A stretch of DNA of 47,807 nt from Rhodosorus marinus CCMP1338 (lineage: Eukaryota; Plantae; Rhodophyta). Position 1 is the stretch's first letter; every line of letters starts with the position of its first letter. The notes under the pieces are model-generated. The model saw nothing but the letters and a program-made list of their open reading frames with translations. It was not told the origin of the DNA and did no database searches. The stretch covers positions 1 through 47,807 of the forward strand of contig JAMWBK010000014.1 in assembly GCA_029953675.1 (NCBI GenBank). Reading direction: 5' to 3'. Below, piece after piece: positions 31,061 to 40,501 of the stretch. Both the position numbers and the translations under genes were made by a program.

Positions 31061-33504
31061 GGTTTGAAGGCGTTGGCGTGGGTGGTCGAAGCGCTTGTGA
31101 ATGGTGATCCCCTGTGTGAGTGTGCGTGGTTCTTGGTCGGGCGTTCGCAGTTGTGTCTGCTTTCGAAGCCCAGCCACACGGCCTCGAGCCCTGCTATTCG
31201 CCCTATTGGCCTGGTTGAGGTGGTCCGCAAATTGGCGGCGCGATGGTTAGTGAAAATCCTGGTTCCCGAATCCCGCCGTTTCTTTGGGCACGTGCAGTTA
31301 GGCGTGGGCTATCGTGGTGGCTGTGAGTTGTTGTCTGTTTTACTCCGTTCGGAAATGGCGTACTCCCCAGATTCTGGGCTCCTCTCTGTAGATTTTACCA
31401 ATGCGTTCAACCGCGTCTCTCGTCCGGCTCTCATGCACGTGGTGCGCGAAGTCTTCCCTGTAGGCTTTCCCTTTGTTAGTAGACTTTATTCTCCGCTTGG
31501 TCGTGGGGCTACCTATGACACCCTTGGCGCTTCCTCACACACGTTTGCGGCGCGCACAGGGGTACAACAGGGTGATCCCTTGTCCCCTTTCCTACATGCC
31601 TGTGGACTACAACTCGTCTTGCTTTGTCTTCGCTCCGAATTCCCGCAGGTTCGTACGGTTGCATACCACGACGACGTGTGCCTCCTGGGGCCCCCTGATA
31701 CTCTAGCGCTCGCTTATGATCGTCTCCGCTCCTTGGCTTCGCGGGTTGACCTGGAGGTTAATCATCACAAATCGTTCTACTGGGGAGGTGTAGCTGCACA
31801 AGAGCAGCAGGTACCTGCGTCGTTCCAGGATATTTGGAGACCGGATGGTTTTGTCCACTTAGGCATCCCCTACGGGTCGCCGTCCTTCGTTGAAGGCGAG
31901 TTGCTGCAGCTCCTCGGTAAGCACAGACAGCTGGTTGCAGAGCTTCGACGGCTACCTCCGGGCTTTCTCCAGTGCTCGTTGTTGCTGTTTCGGTATTGTT
32001 GTAGTCAGCGGTTAACCTATTGGCTTCGCTCACTTCCAACTCATTGGGGCCGGTGGTTGGCCACTCGTGCGGATGCTGAAAGTTTCCGTGACCTGGGGTA
32101 TTTTCTCGATGAAGAGCTGAGCGCTCTGCCGCGACCCACCTGTGATGTTGTGCGCGCCCAGGTAGGCCTCCCATTGCGATTGGGGGGGACTGGGCCTCTG
32201 CAATCGTGTTGTGGTCCAACCTGCAGCCGCAGTAGGGGCCTGGGGAACCGCACTTCCCACTTTGAGCAGCTTGGGTATCTCGAAGTTCCGCAATTTGATG
32301 GCGAGCCTCTCGCGGGGTGTCTTGCTTCCCAGCGTACCGGAAAGCGCCCAAGACTTGTTTCTGGAGCTCCAAACCGCCCTGAACTCCTGTACTAGTCTCC
32401 CCGAAACCGTTCAACCCCGTCTTCCTGACTGGCGAGCTGTATTTGACCGCTCTCGAGGCTCCGCCCCGGGGATTCGTCCTGCGCCTGAACCTGTTCTAGG
32501 GGAGATTGACCCAGTGGTTGCCGCAGAAGAAGAAGTTCCAGTTGATCCTCCTGATGATTCCCAGCGCGCTGGGAGCCGAGCTCAAGCACGCACGGATGCG
32601 CTGCAAAATATCCTTTCTTGGGACTTGCACCGTGCTGCATATGGCCGACTCCTCGCGCAGATGGTCTCATCTTCTCGCGCTCGCGCCCGCCTACGTAGTC
32701 TTGGAGGGGTTCTTAGCTCTCAGTGGCTCATGACCGTACCAGCCTTTCCGCCACTCACACTGTCGGATTTCGAAGTGCGTACTTCACTGCGCTTATACCT
32801 CGGCTTACAGCAGCCCCCTTGGCCGTACGAGATGGGTTCGTCGTGCCCTCTCTGCTCTCAGACTGAAGACAACGCAGATTTTGGCGCCCACCTGCTCGCT
32901 AGTTGCCCGGCGGTGAAAGGTGCTCGAACCCGCCGCCACACACGGATCTTGAACCTGTTATACCGGGAACTTCGGCCTATAGTCCAGCAAGCCGGTCTGG
33001 AAATCGAACGTGAGAAACCTTTACCCGTCGCGGACTTTCAAAATGATGAACGCCGTGTAGCCGACCTGGTGATAACCTGTGACGACAGCCGCCGTACCAC
33101 ATACGTTGATCTTGCTGTTCCCAACCCTCAAGCTAGTCGTTATCTCCCGGCTGCGGGGGAGCGCCGTGGATCTGCCGCCGCCAGCATGAGACGCCGCAAA
33201 GAGATCAAATACGCGGGGGCTTTGTCTTCCCCTGGTGTTCGTGCTTCGGCACTAGCACATCGCTTGGTACCCCTGATCATTGAGTGCTTTGGGTTCATGG
33301 ACTCTGTTGGTTCTCGCTGGCTTCGGGAGTTGTTCCGCGAACGCCCTGACCGTCTTCAATCGTTGTTTACCCGCTTAAGTTTCCTGCTGTGGCGCATGAA
33401 TGCCGCTTTGATGTTGGAGGCGCGAGTACTTCGCCGCGCTTAGTCTTTTTTTCCCCTCGGGGTTTTTTTTTTTTTCAGCCTCCGATTAAACCATTCATTC
33501 ATTC
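31061..33504 (+). mobile_element. RLE-A copy 4: 3' half of ORF2 with intact 3' end, inserted in Gypsy-1 RT/RNase H
   Basis: RT-finger-RLE ORF to the stop at 33443, broken only by an extra G at 32182-32188. Tail (ATTC)3; T-run at the 5' junction. Confidence 0.95.
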
Positions 33505-34713
33505 AATTTTGGTAGGATCTGGCTTCCTGGTTCCACTGCCAACGAGATGCCCGAGATATTGGGTCTCAGGTACCCCGAACGTACATTTCCCCTTTTTCGC
33601 GTATAATTTGTGTTCGTGGAGTTTCGCGAACACGATATCCAAATGCTTCCGATGTGCATCCAGGTCCGAAGAGTAAACGATGATATCGTCAAAAAAAATC
33701 TTGACGAAATGACCTAACTCTTTGAAGAATATGTGTGTCAGAAGTCGAGTAAACACGGCCGGTGCGTTCGTCAAACCAAAAGGCATGACTAGCCATTCAT
33801 ACAACCCAAACGGCGTTGTGAATGCTGTCTTAGGGATGTCTTCTTCTCGCACCCGTAACTGCCAGTAGCCACTGCGCAGATCGATGACGCTTAAGTATGT
33901 GGCGGAGTCTAGGGCATCGAGGCAGTCGTCAATGCGCGGCGGGCTCGTCCGGTTTGGTATTGTAGATTGGTTGAGCTTTCGATAGTCAATGCACAAACGC
34001 TTTCCTCCATATTTCTTGTCTACAAACAGACATGGCGACGCGAATGGGGAGGAACTCGGTCGAATCAGCTTCCTCTGTAACAAGTTCTGTAGCTGCTTCT
34101 TTAGTTCGTGTTGGTCTGGGAGACTCATGCGGTGTGGTCGTTGGGCCTTTGGTTCTGCTCCCGGTCGTAGCTCGATATCAAAGTTAACTTTGCGCCATGG
34201 AGGTAGCTCAGGAACATCGTCGGAAAAAACTCCGTCATATTTTGCGGTTATCCGGGTCTCGAACTCTTTCGCCTCTTTCTGGCGTCTGGATCTTTCAGGG
34301 TCTTCAGGTTCTTCAGGTTCTTCAGGTTCTTCAGGTTCTTCAGGTTCTTCAGGTTCTTCAGGTTTTTCAGGTTTTTCAGGTTCTTCAGGGTCTTTAGGTT
34401 TTAGTGTCAGGGTCTGGTTTTGTAGATTCAGCTGCGCGTTGTATTTTTGCAGGAAATCTCTTCCTAAGTACCCCGGGCTAGTGGCTTCTTCCACAATATA
34501 GGGTTGCCAGTTGAAGTTGTGATCACCTAGCTGTAAGATTACGTTCTCTTCCCCCAGAATCTCTATTGATGCGCCTGGGGAAGCGGTGTCCAAACTCCCG
34601 TGTTGAGTTGGGATTATTGGAGTGGCGTCTGGTATGCCTCGCAGAACGGAATGGCTACTTCCGGTATCGATCAGGAGGGCTTGCTTCTTCCCATTCAAGA
34701 ATCCCGTAACCAT
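33505..34713 (-). CDS. pol: Gypsy-1 Pol, protease-RT part; continues at 31050-29821 (RNase H, integrase)
   Basis: LIDTGSS, RLCIDYRKLN, IDLRSGYWQ, MPFGLTNAP, FFDDIIVY. ...KPDPTKI joins to TAIRNWRTP..VRSFLGFANY across the RLE-A insertion. Confidence 0.92.
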
Positions 34714-34747
34714 AAGGTTTCCACTGAAGGGAATCCGAACGCCTTTA

Positions 34748-35545
34748 TCAGCAACAGTGTTGGCGTCTCCTACTGCTGCTCCTCTTTAACTCCTGTAGCT
34801 TCGGGGGTGCGGACTTGGACACTGTCGGGTCCCTATCAGGGTTGTTCCAGCAGATCCTTTGTATATGCCCCTTTTTTCCGCAGTAGTTGCAAACAATGTT
34901 GGTGTAGTTACGCTTCTGCAGCGCTTGCGTTCCGGGTTGGTAAATGCGTCCAGACCTGGTTCCCCTGCTTACAGTGGTCTGGGGCGTTGCCATTTTTTGG
35001 GGAAATTTCTCTTCCCATCTGGAAGGTTGGCTGGCTGCCTCAGCTCCCTCAATTTTTAGGGCAAGTGCCTGTGCCGCCTCAAAATCCTGCACGTCCTGTA
35101 TGTAGATGTATTTCTTGACCTCGGGTTTAAGGCCTTCGACGAAGCGGTCGAATTTCTCTGAATCCGAAATCTCTCCCACCTGGATCAGGCATGTGTTGAA
35201 GTATGCCGTATACGCTGCGACCGTCGTCTTCTGCTGCGCCTTTGCAAGTTGCTGTTTCGCGCGGATCTTGGAGTCTGCCGGGTAGAACTGGGCTTTGAGC
35301 GTACATTCGAAGCCCTCGTAGGTCGTTGGTTTCCGGTCGTCCGGAATCAGTGACCACCAGTATGAGGCGTCGCCAGTCAAATAACCTTCTGCTAGGGTGA
35401 TTCGGTATTCGTCGTCGTCGACGGGTAGCCGCGCCAGTTTGAAGTATGTTCTTAGTTGATTCAAGAACGTACTTATGACTAGGGCGTCACGTCGCCCGTC
35501 ATAGGCTTTCGGCTGCGGAGCCTGCATCTTGATGAGTGATGCCAT
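34748..35545 (-). CDS. gag: Gypsy-1 Gag with CCHC zinc knuckle
   Basis: Capsid-like region (FLNQL..YF..A..YL.GDA..WW) and CNYCGKKGHIQRIC. Confidence 0.9.
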   Translation of the reverse strand: MASLIKMQAPQPKAYDGRRDALVISTFLNQLRTYFKLARLPVDDDEYRITLAEGYLTGDASYWWSLIPDDRKPTTYEGFECTLKAQFYPADSKIRAKQQLAKAQQKTTVAAYTAYFNTCLIQVGEISDSEKFDRFVEGLKPEVKKYIYIQDVQDFEAAQALALKIEGAEAASQPSRWEEKFPQKMATPQTTVSRGTRSGRIYQPGTQALQKRNYTNIVCNYCGKKGHIQRICWNNPDRDPTVSKSAPPKLQELKRSSSRRRQHCC

Positions 35546-36799
35546 CTGCGGGTTGTCAGGTTGTCAGGTTGTCAGGTTTTGGGCTCCCTTCTGCTGCTCC
35601 TTGCGATGAGACCAAATTGATACGTTCTTCGTTAGCGCGTGTCGGTGATCCAAAATACTTTTAAATTCCCTTTTGTTTTTATCTTTTTTTCTATCTTGGA
35701 TACCTCCCTCTACTCTAATCTTAAGGAGGAAGGTCGTAACTTCCGTATTTATAGCCTTCGGGTTCATGACTTGGGTATGTTAGACTACTATTATTAGCCC
35801 TGTCCGTACAATATCTTGCCCACTGGGCGCATCATAGACTTACTATATTTTGTACCCATGGTGGTTATTTTTAGCTCACCAATATGTTAGCCAGATGTCA
35901 TGTCAGGACGTCACAAAAACTGTCTTGCGAGGGACAGACTGTCTTGACAAGCACAAACTTGTGAGAACCTTCCCTGACAGCTGTGTAATCCGCCTATGTT
36001 TTAGTGTTAGGCACCTATTTTAGTGTAAGACATCAATGTTTTAGTATCCACTGGTTTCTACTTTACTGTCAGGTATGTTTTAGTTTACAGTAACCGAGAC
36101 TATATATATATATGTAGGGCCTAGCTTTGCTTAGATCTTGAGACCTAGAATTGAGTAAAGACAAGCTGGTTCGAAGAGTTCTGACAAAACTGTGTTGACG
36201 AGGACGGTGACGAGTGGAAGACGTAGCACCCAACAGAATGCCCATCAATCTTCCACTGACATATGAAGTTTCAACAAGTCCAGCGTCCTTCGCTTAAGCC
36301 CGTTCGTGAGGCAAACCGACAAGTTCACCGACAAGTTCACCGACAAGTTCGCCGACAGATCGAATGTGTTGCATGGTGATGACTTCGGCTTGGACGAGAT
36401 GGAGGCAGTCTATATACCTCACGTGCATGTGAGGTCCACGCTTAATGGAGGTTTTTCGCTGGACCCACAACAGAGCTGCTTGATTGGCTACATTCGGTGT
36501 GGTAGGTGAAACCCGGGCATATGTGCAGACCGCAGACTATGGTGCAGAGCCATATGATGTCTCTTAAGGCTTCATGAAGAGCCAGAAACTCAGCCACACG
36601 GGTTGAAGTTGCGTTCAGTCTGGCGCTGCATTGCTGGACAGCTTTGGAGGTCGGTCTGGGAGTGGACGTGCTCGAAGTCGCATACGCAGATGAGGTACTG
36701 TACTTGAAAGCATTAAGGGTTGACTACCAATCAACTAGGCTCCAGTTCGAAAAGATGTACTTCTCTGTCAGGTACCGAGCAGGAGCATGTCGCACGTGT

Positions 36800-38739
36800 C
36801 TACGGAGGAGTACATGTGCAGCTTCCGTTAGATTCATCAAAAGCGGTAACCTAGTCATGGAGTGGAAGGGAAAACACAGCGGGGCGATCGATCATGTCAA
36901 TAGCAGCTAAGAAGAACAAATGCAGCTGCTCAAAATGGAATTGGAATATTGAGGAAGTCTTGCGGGCTATGGAAACGCGACAACGTACCAGCATTTGGGC
37001 AGGACAAATTGGCCATTCAGATTGGAGGACGCAGATATTGTTCTCGTCAATGCATTTTTCTTCCTCATCTAGGCAACAAACGCAGACTTCATTATCCGCT
37101 GAGGTTCTGGACACGAAGCCAGTCTAGAGGACGGGTTTACGTCAACCGACAGGTCATAAACCCACCCACCCCAACAGATAAGGTGAAGAAAGTAGAGAAA
37201 CGCGTGTCAGAGACTTTTTTGTCACCTGTAGTGACCAGTTTTCCACTCTAGTGCTTACACCGCACGTAGTGTTACGAGGGACGCACTCGAAGCCGCCGGG
37301 TGAGTTTCGGCATGTGTCTGGCGCGCACTCCGGCCGACAAATGCAGTCTCCATTAAACTCTGACCTGAGAGGAATCTGCCATCGAGAATCCGGGAGATAG
37401 CAGAGCCACACCGACACATTCAGCTCCTTGGCCGATCACGATCATTTTTGGGTCACAGCGTTCGATCAATACTCACCGCCCCGGGATTGCATGCTACCTC
37501 GCTCAGAAACAAGCACTCGCCGGTCGCTTCTCTGCTGCACGTAAGCTCATCGCTACAAGCGCATTTGCAGATTTTGTCTGAATCATCGATATCAGGAACC
37601 TGATTTTGGTCGGTCGAATTGGTTAGACGAAAGATGTTAAGAACATGGGGGGGGAGGCTCTTCGTAGCTAGATGAAGATGTAGTCAAAGGACTCGATTCT
37701 CAAGCACGGGTGGACTAATCCCCAAGGGAACTGACACGAAGGGAATTGACTGTTGAAAATATCCACTCTACGCTCACCTCGGCACCTTCACATTCAAAAA
37801 AGTCTCCGAATTCGAAAGGGGAAATGCACCGATTCCCTTCAAAAATGCATGTACCCTCGCCCCCACAACAAGAGCAGAAGTTATCTGAAAGTGAGTCGGG
37901 ATATGCTACCTGTACGAAGTTGTTGGAAAGCAAAATAAGTCAGCTGATACTCCATGTTCACTGTAGTCATCAATGAACCTTCCGCTGCGAAGAAAGTGCC
38001 GTTCGGATCACATCGAGTGCAGGCAGAACCAGGGGAATGAAGGACAACCAAGCACATGCGATTCATTGCAACTTACTGGGAACCCCGCCATGCATTCAAA
38101 AGTATTAGTTGGAATACAAACTCCGCCCAATATGCGGCACTCGTTCTCTGAGCATTCCGGGCAGGAAATTTCAACGTCACAAGAAGTAGTGTCGTCGCTG
38201 TCCCGCGTCGTGCATTTATTGTCATCCTCCTCAGGGCTCAGAAAGGCTCGAATTATTTTTGCGTCAGGATCGCCTATGGGAGTAACTACTGCGTACGCGA
38301 CTAACCCGATGGTTTCTCCGCAGCATTCGCTCTCTCCGGTCATTTCATCCGGGCATACAAGAAGTCTCGCTACGGTGACTACGTCCGTGATGTTGTTCTT
38401 CTCCTTCCACCCATCGATGTTTCTGCGGGAGGTAAATCGAGCCTGCTCGGTGGGGGGCTCGTTGAAATGTGCTCCCGCTCTGAGCAGGTTCAACTGGAAT
38501 CCATCATCAGCCCTGAACTTGGCTCTGATACAGCTCGGATTAAACCCGGGTTCGTTCCTCGGACTTGTCTTGGTGTCCACGCATAATTCGCCGAATCGGT
38601 CCCCGGTGTTGTCTAGCAGAGGCCTACAGAACTCTGAAAACTCGAGCGCTCCAGCTTTTGTGTCATCCAAACAAGTCTGAGATTGAGCGAGACCAAGAAC
38701 CACCACGAACACGAACAGCACGAAGTCGTAGGATCCCAT
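36800..38739 (-). CDS. Secreted Cys-rich modular protein, 6 exons: join(38077-38739, 37778-37909, 37477-37599, 37259-37375, 36989-37123, 36800-36850), 406 aa predicted
   Basis: Signal peptide. Five GT-AG introns, all phase 0, several with CTAAC/CTGAC-like branch motifs. The internal exons are 117-135 nt, stop-free and each Cys-rich. Ends CTCTPP*. Confidence 0.8.
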
Positions 38740-39652
38740 TACTTCTTTTTACTCTCTAAACGCTCTAGTGACAATGTTTTCCTCATCTCTCTCGTCCAAG
38801 CCTGCCTTGCTTGTCTCCCCTACCAACTCGACCTAGAGCTTTGCCGACAAGTTTTTCTTGTGTGAGATTCTTATGTCCAATCTCTGGTTCAAGGGAGAAT
38901 CATATATATACCCAAACGCTAGTGTTCACTTTCTTTACTTGGAGTTGTTTTCTTCCAAATCAACAAGGAGGGCACACCAGAGCGGTGGCCAAGAATGCAT
39001 CGTTGTGATGTGGGGTAGCCTCCAACACCCGCCACACCCCTGCACACCCAAAAGGTTCACCCTGACATTTAGCAAACGAGCGTAGATTTCATAGCGATAA
39101 TGGACAGATTAGCCCAACTGATGATCAAGTTGCGCAACAGTGCAAAGGCTGGACCCCCCCCACCCTTTTCACGTCCTCAATCTGGACGGGTTGCCACACC
39201 GTGGACAGTTGAAGTTTGATGTGGAAATTCTTCCCTAAGGAAGATAAACAGTGCGATGGCTAGGCTCGTAGGATATTGAATCAGTTGGTTGCAAACCATC
39301 TCTACTGGACTTTGCTAGCCTGAAGCGCCTCTACTAGCCTGTATTTTTTGTTGATAGCATATGACAGCCTGTCACCCGGTTCTTTCCCCCCCCAAAAAGC
39401 TTGAGGATAGACTATTAAAAACATTAAAAGCCATTACTTATTATTATTTCAGTTCGATTGAGAGAATCATATACTCCATTAAATAAACGAATTCATAATA
39501 TTTTATATTAATTACCGAAATAATGACCCGTATAGTTTAAATATTTATTTTAGACAGTTTTCTGTTGTTATGAATTGTAATAGATTAGTCGATTTCTGCG
39601 AGAAGATTTTTTTTCTCGAACCGCTGGAGTTCGCCAAATCTCCGGTGCTTTT

Positions 39653-39825
39653 GTTCTCCCCAGAGTGGAAGAACAGGGGAGGGTTTAAGATCATTACGTT
39701 ATTCCCATATTGAATGAATTTCTAGTGGTTTCTGGTTCTCCCAGGAGTGGAAGAACAGGGGAGGGTTTAAGATCATTACGTTATTCCCATATTGAATGAA
39801 TTTCTAGTGGTTTCTGGTTCTCCCC
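39653..39825. repeat. 82-bp direct tandem repeat x2
   Basis: GTTCTCCC..GAGTGGAAGAACAGGGGAGGG...TTTCTG starts at 39653 and again at 39735. Confidence 0.9.
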
Positions 39826-39859
39826 TCAGCGGAATTTGTTGTTAGGACCCAAGTTGCTA

Positions 39860-40337
39860 TAAAGACCTCCCCTGTGGCGAGCCAATCAAAGGTGAATAAG
39901 GAATCTGTCGACGCGTTAGGGAACTCTCCCAGGGGGTTTGGTAGTTCCGTTCTACCCTTGGCACTATCGTGATTGCACTAATTCCTAACGAACTCCCTAG
40001 TGGCGAGCCAATCAAAGGTGAATGAGAATCTATCGATGCGTTTTGGAACCCTCCCAGGGAGTTAGTTTGGTGGTTTCGTTCTACCCTTGGTACTATCGTG
40101 AAGTTGAAGCAGAAGCAGGCATTGTCTATGCCGGTATTGTCAATGCAGTGGAAGGAGTTGTCCAAAAACCCCTCGGGTTTTTGACTCCCACAGGGAGGCG
40201 TACCCCATAGAAATACGAGTGCCAAAAAGTGTCAAAAAGTGTAAAAGGTGCAAAAGTGTAGAAAGTGTAAAAAAGTGTAAAAGGTGCAAACATTATAAAC
40301 TGAGCAAAATGCTTTAAGAAAAGCTCAGAAAACCACT
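39860..40337 (-). mobile_element. RLE-C-type 5' region with an internal ~125-bp duplication
   Basis: The reverse complement matches 5755-5850 and 6165-6210. Confidence 0.55.
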
Positions 40338-40501
40338 CGTCTGTAGCAGGTTCAGCGCGAGAGTCTGAGGACAATGACCTACACGAACTACATGAGGTCT
40401 CGCGCTCTTGGGAACCCTGAATATCTTATCTATTCTGAACAGGGTTTTGGAGTGTTTTTGGGATAATGTCTGTACATAAATGGATGATTCTAGGGTCAGT
40501 C

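Larger units (their letters stand above)
29821..35885 (-). mobile_element. Gypsy-1 (Ty3/Gypsy LTR retrotransposon) body, interrupted by RLE-A copy 4
   Basis: gag, then PR, RT, RNase H and IN in Gypsy order. PBS-like TGGTGAGC at 35874-35881 next to a ...TAACA LTR edge at 35885. The second LTR is absent, so the LTR extent is unresolved. Confidence 0.92.

Noticed and set aside
35885-36150. Exact Gypsy-1 5' LTR
   Set aside because: The inner edge is plausible, but without a second LTR the outer boundary cannot be fixed.
36315-36356. 12-bp repeat GACAAGTTCACC x3 as a coding feature
   Set aside because: A short minisatellite in a 67-aa ORF with no supporting motif.
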